From positions 2,910,001 through 2,942,000 of the forward strand of contig NC_000962.3 of assembly GCF_000195955.2 (NCBI RefSeq): DNA of 32,000 nucleotides, read 5' to 3'. The notes under the pieces are model-generated. The model did not search any database. It was given only the letters and a program-made list of their open reading frames with translations, and was not told the origin of the DNA. Both the position numbers and the translations under genes were made by a program. Numbering within the stretch: the first letter of the stretch is position 1; each line of letters starts with the position of its first letter. Shown in pieces: positions 10,801-18,391 of this stretch. This DNA comes from Mycobacterium tuberculosis H37Rv. Lineage in GTDB: Bacteria > Actinomycetota > Actinomycetes > Mycobacteriales > Mycobacteriaceae.

Positions 10801-11377
10801 GGCCGACACCAGCTATACCGGTCAGCTCAACCTGCCGGACATGTTCACCCGGCTGATGCTGAGCCTGGCCGCTACCGGCATCGCACCCGGTTCGTTCTAT
10901 GAGCTGGATGCGCACGGCAATCGGCAACGCGCCCACTATGACGGCTTGCCGGTCGAATTCGTCGCAGAAGCCATTTGCACCCTTGGGACACATAGCCCGG
11001 ACCGTTTTGTCACCTACCACGTGATGAACCCCTACGACGACGGCATCGGGCTGGACGAGTTCGTCGACTGGCTCAACTCCCCAACTAGCGGGTCCGGTTG
11101 CACGATCCAGCGGATCGCCGACTACGGCGAGTGGCTGCAGCGGTTCGAGACTTCGCTGCGTGCCTTGCCGGATCGCCAGCGCCACGCCTCGCTGCTGCCC
11201 TTGCTGCACAACTACCGAGAGCCTGCAAAGCCGATATGCGGGTCAATCGCGCCCACCGACCAGTTCCGCGCTGCCGTCCAAGAAGCGAAAATCGGTCCGG
11301 ACAAAGACATTCCGCACCTCACGGCGGCGATCATCGCGAAGTACATCAGCAACCTGCGACTGCTCGGGCTGCTGTGA
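7871..11377 (+). CDS. fadD9: Carboxylic acid reductase-type enzyme (adenylation domain, carrier domain, NAD(P)H reductase domain), annotated FadD9
   Basis: 1168-aa ORF with an ATG preceded by GAGGTGA. It has the adenylation motif [13 protein letters not shown], a carrier-domain motif [12 protein letters not shown] (Ser codon at 9905-9907), a terminal reductase Rossmann motif [13 protein letters not shown], and the SDR catalytic YANSK. Confidence 0.95.
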   Translation: MSINDQRLTRRVEDLYASDAQFAAASPNEAITQAIDQPGVALPQLIRMVMEGYADRPALGQRALRFVTDPDSGRTMVELLPRFETITYRELWARAGTLATALSAEPAIRPGDRVCVLGFNSVDYTTIDIALIRLGAVSVPLQTSAPVTGLRPIVTETEPTMIATSIDNLGDAVEVLAGHAPARLVVFDYHGKVDTHREAVEAARARLAGSVTIDTLAELIERGRALPATPIADSADDALALLIYTSGSTGAPKGAMYRESQVMSFWRKSSGWFEPSGYPSITLNFMPMSHVGGRQVLYGTLSNGGTAYFVAKSDLSTLFEDLALVRPTELCFVPRIWDMVFAEFHSEVDRRLVDGADRAALEAQVKAELRENVLGGRFVMALTGSAPISAEMTAWVESLLADVHLVEGYGSTEAGMVLNDGMVRRPAVIDYKLVDVPELGYFGTDQPYPRGELLVKTQTMFPGYYQRPDVTAEVFDPDGFYRTGDIMAKVGPDQFVYLDRRNNVLKLSQGEFIAVSKLEAVFGDSPLVRQIFIYGNSARAYPLAVVVPSGDALSRHGIENLKPVISESLQEVARAAGLQSYEIPRDFIIETTPFTLENGLLTGIRKLARPQLKKFYGERLERLYTELADSQSNELRELRQSGPDAPVLPTLCRAAAALLGSTAADVRPDAHFADLGGDSLSALSLANLLHEIFGVDVPVGVIVSPASDLRALADHIEAARTGVRRPSFASIHGRSATEVHASDLTLDKFIDAATLAAAPNLPAPSAQVRTVLLTGATGFLGRYLALEWLDRMDLVNGKLICLVRARSDEEAQARLDATFDSGDPYLVRHYRELGAGRLEVLAGDKGEADLGLDRVTWQRLADTVDLIVDPAALVNHVLPYSQLFGPNAAGTAELLRLALTGKRKPYIYTSTIAVGEQIPPEAFTEDADIRAISPTRRIDDSYANGYANSKWAGEVLLREAHEQCGLPVTVFRCDMILADTSYTGQLNLPDMFTRLMLSLAATGIAPGSFYELDAHGNRQRAHYDGLPVEFVAEAICTLGTHSPDRFVTYHVMNPYDDGIGLDEFVDWLNSPTSGSGCTIQRIADYGEWLQRFETSLRALPDRQRHASLLPLLHNYREPAKPICGSIAPTDQFRAAVQEAKIGPDKDIPHLTAAIIAKYISNLRLLGLL

Positions 11378-11550
11378 TCGGGCCTGGCCGCCGCGGCGCC
11401 GGGTAACCAAGCAGCCCGTTACGCCCAGTTCGCCTATGAGAAGGCAGTAAGAAGCGCGAAAAATGGCAGACCCCGACGGAGGCCCTCTGAAAGAGTCTTG
11501 ATCATCAGGGCGCGTGACATGTGTCACATGACGGGTTGGGAGGGTGGCTG

Positions 11551-13182
11551 ATGTCGTTTGTCACGGCAGCTCCAGAGATGCTGGCGACGGCGGCGCAGAA
11601 TGTCGCGAATATCGGCACATCGCTGAGTGCGGCAAACGCGACGGCAGCGGCGTCCACGACCTCGGTGCTGGCGGCCGGAGCCGACGAGGTATCGCAGGCT
11701 ATCGCAAGGCTGTTCAGTGATTACGCCACGCACTATCAGTCGCTGAACGCTCAAGCCGCGGCATTTCATCACAGCTTCGTGCAAACGTTGAACGCCGCCG
11801 GTGGCGCCTATTCGAGCGCCGAGGCGGCCAACGCTTCGGCGCAGGCGTTGGAACAGAATCTGTTGGCCGTGATCAATGCGCCCGCCCAGGCGTTGTTCGG
11901 GCGTCCCCTGATCGGCAATGGCGCGAATGGAACAGCGGCCAGCCCCAACGGCGGTGATGGTGGGATTTTGTACGGCAACGGCGGCAACGGCTTCTCCCAA
12001 ACGACCGCCGGGGTGGCCGGCGGCGCCGGTGGTTCCGCGGGCCTGATCGGCAACGGCGGCAATGGTGGCGCCGGTGGGGCCGGTGCTGCCGGCGGGGCCG
12101 GCGGCGCCGGCGGATGGCTGCTCGGCAACGGTGGCGCCGGCGGTCCCGGCGGCCCAACGGACGTTCCTGCCGGCACAGGTGGAGCCGGCGGGGCCGGCGG
12201 CGACGCCCCATTGATCGGCTGGGGCGGCAACGGCGGGCCCGGCGGTTTCGCTGCTTTTGGAAACGGTGGGGCCGGCGGCAACGGCGGCGCCAGCGGTTCG
12301 CTCTTTGGCGTCGGCGGCGCCGGCGGCGTCGGCGGATCGAGCGAAGACGTCGGCGGCACCGGCGGGGCCGGCGGCGCTGGCCGCGGTCTATTCCTTGGCC
12401 TGGGCGGTGATGGCGGCGCCGGCGGCACCAGCAACAACAACGGCGGTGACGGTGGCGCCGGCGGCACCGCGGGAGGTCGATTGTTCAGCCTGGGCGGTGA
12501 CGGTGGCAACGGTGGTGCCGGTACCGCAATCGGATCCAACGCCGGTGACGGTGGCGCCGGCGGTGACAGCAGCGCCCTGATCGGCTACGCCCAGGGCGGC
12601 TCCGGCGGCCTCGGCGGCTTCGGCGAAAGTACCGGCGGCGACGGCGGCCTGGGCGGCGCCGGCGCTGTGCTCATCGGCACGGGCGTCGGCGGTTTCGGCG
12701 GCCTCGGTGGCGGCTCCAACGGCACCGGGGGCGCGGGCGGCGCGGGCGGCACGGGCGCCACGCTGATCGGCCTGGGCGCCGGCGGCGGCGGCGGCATCGG
12801 CGGGTTCGCCGTCAACGTGGGCAACGGCGTCGGCGGTCTGGGCGGCCAGGGCGGCCAGGGCGCCGCGCTGATCGGCCTGGGCGCCGGCGGTGCCGGCGGT
12901 GCCGGCGGCGCCACAGTCGTTGGACTTGGTGGCAATGGCGGTGACGGCGGTGACGGTGGCGGCCTGTTTAGTATCGGCGTCGGTGGGGACGGCGGCAACG
13001 CCGGCAACGGCGCCATGCCTGCCAATGGCGGCAACGGCGGCAACGCCGGGGTCATTGCCAACGGCTCCTTTGCCCCGTCGTTCGTCGGCTTCGGCGGCAA
13101 CGGCGGCAACGGCGTCAATGGCGGCACCGGCGGCAGCGGCGGGATCCTTTTTGGCGCCAACGGCGCGAACGGACCGTCGTAG
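11551..13182 (+). CDS. PE_PGRS44: PE_PGRS family protein
   Basis: 543 aa from the ATG at 11551, preceded by GGGAGGGTGG. The PE domain reads [25 protein letters not shown]... and has a YSSAE (YxxxE) motif at 11809-11823. The linker [11 protein letters not shown] is followed by GGA/GGN repeats to the C-terminus. The listed ORF starts 10 codons earlier at a GTG, which is unlikely to be used. Confidence 0.95.
   Translation: MSFVTAAPEMLATAAQNVANIGTSLSAANATAAASTTSVLAAGADEVSQAIARLFSDYATHYQSLNAQAAAFHHSFVQTLNAAGGAYSSAEAANASAQALEQNLLAVINAPAQALFGRPLIGNGANGTAASPNGGDGGILYGNGGNGFSQTTAGVAGGAGGSAGLIGNGGNGGAGGAGAAGGAGGAGGWLLGNGGAGGPGGPTDVPAGTGGAGGAGGDAPLIGWGGNGGPGGFAAFGNGGAGGNGGASGSLFGVGGAGGVGGSSEDVGGTGGAGGAGRGLFLGLGGDGGAGGTSNNNGGDGGAGGTAGGRLFSLGGDGGNGGAGTAIGSNAGDGGAGGDSSALIGYAQGGSGGLGGFGESTGGDGGLGGAGAVLIGTGVGGFGGLGGGSNGTGGAGGAGGTGATLIGLGAGGGGGIGGFAVNVGNGVGGLGGQGGQGAALIGLGAGGAGGAGGATVVGLGGNGGDGGDGGGLFSIGVGGDGGNAGNGAMPANGGNGGNAGVIANGSFAPSFVGFGGNGGNGVNGGTGGSGGILFGANGANGPS
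11911..13179 (+). repeat. PGRS polymorphic GC-rich repetitive coding sequence (Gly-Gly-Ala/Gly-Gly-Asn repeats)
   Basis: There are long runs of ggcggc/ggcgcc/ggcaac triplets. Near-identical internal segments recur, for example gctgatcggcctgggcgccggcgg at about 12760 and about 12867. Confidence 0.9.
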
Positions 13183-13198
13183 CGGGTCCTCCAGCGCA

Positions 13199-14233
13199 CT
13201 ACTCGAACAACCCCGGTTGACTCGCTCCGACCGGTGGCGTCATGCCCAGGTGCGTCCAGGCCAGGGCGGTGGCCACCCGGCCGCGCGGGGTGCGCGCGAC
13301 CATACCCGCGCGCACCAGAAATGGTTCGCACACCTCCTCGACCGTGGCGGCCTCCTCCCCGACCGCCACCGCCAGCGTCGACACACCCACTGGACCACCG
13401 CCGAAGCTGCGGGTCAGCGCCGAGAGCACCGCTCGGTCCAGCCGGTCCAGACCCAGCTCGTCGACGTCGTAGACCTCCAGTGCGGCCTTGGCGACGTCGC
13501 GGGTGATGACGCCGTCGGCGCGCACCTCGGCGAAGTCACGCACCCGGCGCAACAACCGGTTGGCGATCCGCGGCGTTCCCCGAGAACGGCGGGCGATTTC
13601 GGCGCCGGCGTCGGCGCCCAGCTCGATACCCAGAATTCCGGCGGAGCGGGCCAGCACCCGCTCCAGCTCGGCGGGCTCGTAGAAATCCATGTGCGCGGTG
13701 AAGCCGAACCGGTCGCGCAGCGGGCCGGTCAACGCGCCCGACCGGGTAGTCGCCCCGACCAGGGTGAACGGCGCGACCTCCAGCGGAATCGACGTGGCCC
13801 CAGGACCTTTGCCGACCACCACATCGACGCGGAAGTCTTCCATCGCCAGATACAGCATCTCCTCGGCGGGCCGGGCGATGCGGTGGATCTCGTCGATAAA
13901 CAACACGTCGTGCTCGACCAGGTTGGACAGCATCGCCGCCAGGTCACCGGCGCGTTCCAACGCCGGCCCCGACGTCACCCGCAGCGAGGACCCCAGCTCG
14001 GCGGCGATGATCATCGCCAACGACGTCTTGCCCAAGCCCGGCGGACCGGACAGCAGAATGTGATCCGGTGTGCCGCCGCGGTTTTTGGCTCCCTCGATGA
14101 CCAGCTGCAGCTGTTCGCGGACCCGGGGCTGGCCGATGAATTCGCGTAACGAGCGCGGCCGCAGGCTGACGTCGATGTCGCCCTCTCCGACGGTGAGTGC
14201 GGGCGAAACGTCGCGGTCGGACCGCTCGGTCAT
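13199..14233 (-). CDS. ruvB: Holliday junction branch-migration helicase RuvB
   Basis: 344-aa ORF with the Walker A motif GPPGLGKTS, Walker B LFIDEIHR and the RuvB C-terminal winged helix. Its start forms an ATGA overlap with the ruvA stop. Confidence 0.97.
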
Positions 14234-14820
14234 CGGGCCTTCCCCAGCAACGACAAGGCAGACCGCAGCGCGCTGGATGTCGTCGCGTCATGGTTGGCGG
14301 CCAGCACCGTATCGGTGGCCTCCTCGGCCTGTTTGGCCGCAAAGCCCAGGCCGACCAGAGCCTCGACCACGGGACTGCGCACCGCGTGGCCGTTGGTCGA
14401 GAGTGCGCCGCCGGTGGCTGCCACCCCAACCTTGTCGCGTAGTTCCAACACCATGCGTTCGGCGCCCCGCTTGCCGATCCCAGGCACCCGGGTCAGGGCG
14501 GCGACGTTGCCGTCGGCCAGCACCTGCCGTAGCGCCGGAGCGTCGTGCACGGCCAGTGCCGCCATCGCCAGCCGGGGCCCAACGCCGGAGACCGACAGCA
14601 GCGTCAGGAATAGGTCGCGGGTTTCCCCGTCGGGAAACCCGTACAGCGTCATCGAGTCCTCGCGCACAATCATCGCGGTGATCAGCCGGGCCTCGGTGCC
14701 TTGCCGCAACGTCGCCAGCGTCGCCGGTGTCGCGTTCACTCGGTAGCCCACACCGGCGGCCTCGATCACCACATGGTCAAGCGCCACCTCGAGCACCTCA
14801 CCGCGGACCGAGGCGATCAT
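14230..14820 (-). CDS. ruvA: Holliday junction DNA-binding protein RuvA
   Basis: 196-aa [31 protein letters not shown]... with helix-hairpin-helix motifs ([18 protein letters not shown]). It has ATGA overlaps with ruvC upstream and ruvB downstream. Confidence 0.95.
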
Positions 14821-15383
14821 CGGGCGGCCTTCAGCTTGGCTAGGTACGCATGACGCTGCTGCGCTGCTCGTGCTTCCGCCCTCGACGTGGCCTCAGCCAT
14901 CCGGGCGATCGTCGGCGCCCGCCAACAGTGACAGATCGCCAGCGCCAAAGCGTCGGCCGCGTCGGCCGGTGTCGGTTTAGCTTGCAGCGCAAGGATTTTG
15001 GTGACCATCGCGGTGACCTGAGCCTTGTCTGCGGAACCGTTGCCAGTGACCGCCGCCTTGACCTCGCTGGGGGTATGGAAATGCACGTCGACACCACGTT
15101 TGGCCGCCGCCAGGGCGATCACGCCGCCGGCCTGCGCGGTGCCCATCACCGTGGTCACGTTGAGCTGAGAGAACACCCGTTCGATAGCCACCACCTCCGG
15201 ATGATGGGTGTCCAGCCAGTGCTCGACGGCATCGCTGATGGCCAACAGGCGCTGCGCCAAGGCCGCATCCGACGGTGTGCGCACCACGTCGACATCCAGC
15301 GCGGTGAGCTGCCGACCACGCCCACTCTCGATAAGCGACAGCCCGCATCGGGTCAACCCGGGATCGACACCCATCACCCGCAC
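14817..15383 (-). CDS. ruvC: Crossover junction endodeoxyribonuclease RuvC
   Basis: 188 aa from the GTG at 15381-15383 ([19 protein letters not shown]..., with the catalytic Asp in GVDPG), preceded by GAGGGAG. The 308-aa listed ORF is a 5' over-extension that would run through the SOS box and the divergent promoter. Confidence 0.93.
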
Positions 15384-15404
15384 CGCACGCTCCCTCAGCC
15401 ATTT

Positions 15405-15420
15405 CCGAACAATCGTTCGA
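15405..15420 (-). promoter_or_regulatory. LexA SOS box upstream of ruvC
   Basis: The plus strand reads CCGAAC-AATC-GTTCGA, which on the ruvC strand is TCGAAC-GATT-GTTCGG. That is one mismatch from the mycobacterial consensus TCGAAC-N4-GTTCGA, and it sits 22-37 nt upstream of the ruvC GTG. ruvC is a known LexA-regulated gene in M. tuberculosis. Confidence 0.8.
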
Positions 15421-15474
15421 TACGCTAGCGGATCGTCCCGACATCCCGCGCAGGACACGCCTATGGAACGTGCG

Positions 15475-15493
15475 ATGGTAAATTTCCTACCAT
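15475..15493 (+). promoter_or_regulatory. Putative vapB40 promoter (extended -10 TGGTAAATT) embedded in an inverted repeat; predicts a leaderless transcript
   Basis: Inverted-repeat arms ATGGTA (15475-15480) and TACCAT (15488-15493) flank the 7-nt spacer aatttcc. TAAATT (15479-15484) matches TANNNT with TGG immediately upstream. Its last T is 7-8 nt before the vapB40 ATG (15492), and no SD sequence is present. Confidence 0.45.
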
Positions 15494-15737
15494 GCGAACA
15501 ACCATCGATGTCGCAGGACGTCTGGTGATTCCCAAGCGGATTCGCGAGCGCCTTGGCTTGCGCGGGAACGACCAGGTGGAGATCACCGAGCGCGATGGGC
15601 GCATCGAGATTGAGCCGGCCCCGACCGGTGTCGAACTCGTTCGGGAAGGCTCGGTTCTCGTCGCACGGCCAGAACGTCCCCTGCCCCCGTTGACCGACGA
15701 AATCGTTCGGGAAACGCTCGATCGCACACGGCGGTGA
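15492..15737 (+). CDS. vapB40: VapB antitoxin (AbrB/SpoVT-like DNA-binding fold)
   Basis: 81-aa [26 protein letters not shown]..., typical of the SpoVT/AbrB swapped-hairpin fold. Its stop overlaps the start of the downstream PIN gene (GTGA). Confidence 0.9.
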   Translation: MRTTIDVAGRLVIPKRIRERLGLRGNDQVEITERDGRIEIEPAPTGVELVREGSVLVARPERPLPPLTDEIVRETLDRTRR

Positions 15738-16138
15738 TCGCACCAGACACCAGCGTGCTGGTTGCCGGATTCGCGACCTGGCACGAAGGGCACGAGGCCG
15801 CCGTGCGCGCGCTCAACCGTGGCGTCCATCTGATCGCGCACGCGGCTGTGGAAACCTATTCGGTCTTGACCCGGCTACCACCGCCGCATCGTATTGCCCC
15901 TGTTGCCGTCCACGCCTACTTGGCGGACATCACCTCCAGCAACTACCTGGCACTGGATGCCTGCTCATATCGCGGCTTGACCGACCACCTCGCCGAGCAC
16001 GATGTCACCGGTGGCGCAACCTACGATGCCCTGGTCGGCTTCACGGCGAAAGCTGCCGGCGCAAAGCTGCTGACTCGCGACCTGCGCGCGGTCGAAACGT
16101 ACGAGCGATTGCGGGTCGAGGTTGAGCTGGTGACCTGA
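15734..16138 (+). CDS. vapC40: VapC PIN-domain ribonuclease toxin
   Basis: 134-aa ORF starting [13 protein letters not shown], which carries the first PIN acidic residue. Further conserved acidic positions are present (VETYSV, TYDALV, LTRDLRA). It is translationally coupled to vapB40. Confidence 0.9.
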   Translation: MIAPDTSVLVAGFATWHEGHEAAVRALNRGVHLIAHAAVETYSVLTRLPPPHRIAPVAVHAYLADITSSNYLALDACSYRGLTDHLAEHDVTGGATYDALVGFTAKAAGAKLLTRDLRAVETYERLRVEVELVT

Positions 16139-16354
16139 GAAACCGTTGCCGTTGAGTGTGTTTGAGTTGCACGCTCACCGACACCCGGATGGTGCACCAG
16201 TGAGCTGGGGTGACCGCGGCCGAGACCTGCCGGGTTCCCGGCCGGACAACTCGCCCGTTGTGACCCCCGGTCCCGCGAAAGCTGTTACGTTAAACGGCGC
16301 CATCGATATGCGACCGATCGACCAACCGCGGCGCAGCGGTACGAGAGGGTATGC

Positions 16355-16975
16355 GTGGGAAATCTGCTGGTCGTGATTGCCGTGGCGCTGTTCATCGCCG
16401 CCATCGTCGTTCTCGTCGTGGCCATCCGGCGGCCCAAAACACCAGCCACGCCGGGCGGGCGCCGGGATCCGCTGGCCTTCGACGCAATGCCGCAATTCGG
16501 CCCCCGCCAACTCGGACCCGGCGCAATTGTCAGCCACGGTGGCATCGACTATGTGGTCCGCGGATCAGTCACCTTTCGCGAGGGTCCCTTCGTGTGGTGG
16601 GAACACTTGCTGGAAGGCGGCGACACGCCAACCTGGCTGAGCGTGCAAGAGGACGACGGGCGTCTCGAGCTTGCGATGTGGGTGAAACGCACCGATCTGG
16701 GCTTGCAGCCCGGTGGCCAGCACGTGATCGACGGCGTGACGTTTCAGGAGACCGAGCGCGGTCACGCCGGATATACCACCGAGGGCACGACGGGCCTGCC
16801 GGCCGGCGGTGAGATGGACTACGTCGACTGCGCCAGTGCCGGTCAGGGGGCCGACGAGTCCATGCTGCTGTCATTCGAGCGCTGGGCACCGGACATGGGA
16901 TGGGAGATAGCGACCGGCAAGTCCGTACTGGCCGGCGAGCTCACCGTCTACCCCGCGCCCCCAGTCTCGGCATAG
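16355..16975 (+). CDS. Single-pass membrane protein with a DUF4178-like C-terminal domain (Rv2597 equivalent)
   Basis: 206-aa ORF with a GTG start preceded by GAGAGGG. There is an N-terminal TM helix (LLVVIAVALFIAAIVVLVVAI) followed by RRPK, which is positive-inside and so places the C-terminal domain in the cytoplasm. The beta-rich domain (GGIDYVVRGSVTF...WWEHLLEGG...WLSVQEDDG) resembles what I recall of DUF4178. Confidence 0.85.
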   Translation: MGNLLVVIAVALFIAAIVVLVVAIRRPKTPATPGGRRDPLAFDAMPQFGPRQLGPGAIVSHGGIDYVVRGSVTFREGPFVWWEHLLEGGDTPTWLSVQEDDGRLELAMWVKRTDLGLQPGGQHVIDGVTFQETERGHAGYTTEGTTGLPAGGEMDYVDCASAGQGADESMLLSFERWAPDMGWEIATGKSVLAGELTVYPAPPVSA

Positions 16976-16985
16976 GGCCGAATCG

Positions 16986-17480
16986 GTGCCACTTCATCAG
17001 CTCGCCATAGCGCCGGTGGACGTATCAGGGGCATTGCTTGGACTCGTGCTGAACGCACCCGCGCCGCGGCCACTGGCCACCCACCGACTGGCCCACACCG
17101 ACGGCAGCGCACTGCAGCTCGGCGTCCTCGGCGCGTCGCATGTCGTCACCGTCGAGGGACGCTTCTGCGAGGAAGTCTCCTGCGTGGCCCGCAGCCGGGG
17201 CGGCGATCTGCCCGAGTCCACCCACGCACCCGGCTACCACCTCCAATCCCATACCGAGACGCACGACGAGGCGGCGTTTCGGCGACTCGCGCGCCACCTG
17301 CGTGAACGCTGCACGCGGGCAACCGGGTGGCTGGGCGGTGTGTTTCCCGGTGATGACGCCGCGCTGACCGCACTCGCCGCCGAACCCGATGGAACCGGGT
17401 GGCGTTGGCGGACTTGGCATCTGTACCCGAGCGCGTCCGGCGGGACGGTGGTCCACACGACGAGCCGATGGCGTCCATGA
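16986..17480 (+). CDS. Conserved hypothetical soluble protein (Rv2598 equivalent)
   Basis: 164-aa ORF with a GTG start 10 nt after the upstream stop. It has no TM segment and a His-rich patch (HAPGYHLQSHTETHDE). Its stop overlaps the next start (ATGA). I recognise no catalytic motif. Confidence 0.75.
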   Translation: MPLHQLAIAPVDVSGALLGLVLNAPAPRPLATHRLAHTDGSALQLGVLGASHVVTVEGRFCEEVSCVARSRGGDLPESTHAPGYHLQSHTETHDEAAFRRLARHLRERCTRATGWLGGVFPGDDAALTALAAEPDGTGWRWRTWHLYPSASGGTVVHTTSRWRP

Positions 17481-17908
17481 GCCGCAACCGCCTGTTCCTG
17501 GTTGCCGGCAGCTTGGCGGTTGCCGCCGCCGTGTCCTTGATCTCTGGAATCACGCTGCTGAACAGGGACGTTGGCTCGTATATCGCCTCGCACTATCGCC
17601 AAGAATCCCGTGACGTGAACGGAACGCGATACCTGTGCACCGGATCGCCCAAACAGGTGGCCACCACGCTCGTCAAGTACCAGACCCCGGCGGCGCGCGC
17701 GTCGCATACCGACACCGAGTACCTGCGTTACCGCAACAACATCGTGACGGTCGGACCCGACGGCACCTATCCGTGCATCATCCGCGTCGAAAACCTCAGC
17801 GCCGGATATAACCACGGCGCATATGTCTTCCTGGGCCCTGGATTCACCCCTGGGTCCCCGTCGGGCGGTTCGGGGGGCAGCCCGGGCGGTCCTGGCGGCA
17901 GCAAGTAA
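17477..17908 (+). CDS. Signal-anchored/secreted protein, DUF4247-like (Rv2599 equivalent)
   Basis: 143 aa from the ATG at 17477, chosen because it forms an ATGA overlap with the upstream stop. The N-terminus MSRNRLFLVAGSLAVAAAVSLISGITLL is a signal or anchor with no lipobox Cys. The protein has two Cys residues and a Gly/Ser/Pro tail (GFTPGSPSGGSGGSPGGPGGSK). Confidence 0.8.
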   Translation: MSRNRLFLVAGSLAVAAAVSLISGITLLNRDVGSYIASHYRQESRDVNGTRYLCTGSPKQVATTLVKYQTPAARASHTDTEYLRYRNNIVTVGPDGTYPCIIRVENLSAGYNHGAYVFLGPGFTPGSPSGGSGGSPGGPGGSK

Positions 17909-17920
17909 GGCGATGACGCA

Positions 17921-17941
17921 AAGGAGAGAGTCATGTATTAG
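17921..17941 (+). other. Strong Shine-Dalgarno plus a two-codon mini-ORF (ATG TAT TAG), in frame with the downstream DUF350-like gene
   Basis: The sequence aaGGAGagagtcATGTATTAG has GGAG ending 6 nt before the ATG at 17933. The TAG at 17939-17941 is followed by 16 sense codons in the same frame, up to the GTG at 17990. Confidence 0.3.
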
Positions 17942-17989
17942 GCCGGAGTCGATTTCGGGACCATCAGCCTTACCCCGATCCTGCATGGG

Positions 17990-18391
17990 GTGGTGGCCAC
18001 CGTCTTGTACTTCCTAGTGGGCGCCGCCGTGCTAGTCGCAGGCTTTCTGATGGTCAACCTGTTGACCCCGGGCGATCTGCGTCGCCTAGTGTTCATCGAC
18101 CGCCGCCCCAACGCCGTGGTTCTGGCCGCCACAATGTATGTGGCGCTGGCCATCGTCACCATCGCCGCCATCTACGCCAGCTCCAATCAGCTGGCCCAGG
18201 GCCTGATCGGCGTGGCGGTGTACGGAATCGTCGGTGTCGCGCTGCAGGGGGTGGCACTGGTGATCCTCGAGATCGCGGTGCCGGGGCGATTCCGTGAGCA
18301 CATCGACGCACCTGCGCTGCATCCGGCGGTGTTCGCTACCGCCGTCATGCTGCTGGCGGTAGCGGGGGTAATCGCCGCCGCGTTGTCATGA
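17990..18391 (+). CDS. Integral membrane protein, DUF350 (YjfL-like) family (Rv2600 equivalent)
   Basis: 133-aa ORF from a GTG with about four hydrophobic helices. The N-terminal segment [28 protein letters not shown] aligns by eye with E. coli YjfL LLAFSAYFFIGVAMVIIFLFIYSKITPHN. Its stop overlaps the speE start (ATGA). The start is uncertain; see the mini-ORF finding. Confidence 0.8.

Noticed and set aside
11911-13179. Possible CRISPR-like or VNTR array suggested by the dense short repeats, both here and at 25598-25798
   Set aside because: The repeats are in-frame coding repeats (3-nt and 15-nt periods) within PE_PGRS44 and PPE42. There are no unique spacers of regular length, no leader and no cas genes.
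11808-13331. Two long minus-strand ORFs (243 aa at 11808-12539 and 248 aa at 12585-13331) encoding Pro/Ala-rich polypeptides
   Set aside because: They are the antisense reading of the GGC/GCC-rich PGRS repeats of PE_PGRS44. Their composition (PPAPP runs) is simply the complement of the Gly-Gly-Ala/Asn coding. They have no independent start context or recognisable domain.
12890-14149. 419-aa plus-strand ORF spanning the PE_PGRS44 3' end and ruvB antisense
   Set aside because: It overlaps two confidently called genes in other frames or strands, and its composition is Arg/Ala/Gly-rich. I treat it as a GC artefact.
15384-15743. 5' extension of the ruvC ORF (308 aa in the track)
   Set aside because: The extension has no RuvC homology. 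It runs through the SOS box and the divergent promoter and overlaps vapB40 antisense. The GTG at 15383 has a good SD and gives the canonical 188-aa protein.
16146-16376. 76-aa TTG-initiated ORF filling the 216-bp gap between vapC40 and the first cassette gene
   Set aside because: Its third-position GC is only about 68% by hand count, lower than the neighbouring genes. It has no SD and no recognisable motif, and it overlaps the next gene's start. The gap more likely holds the cassette promoter. It also has a weak TTGAGT-N4-TTGAGT direct repeat (16152-16167) that I could not interpret.
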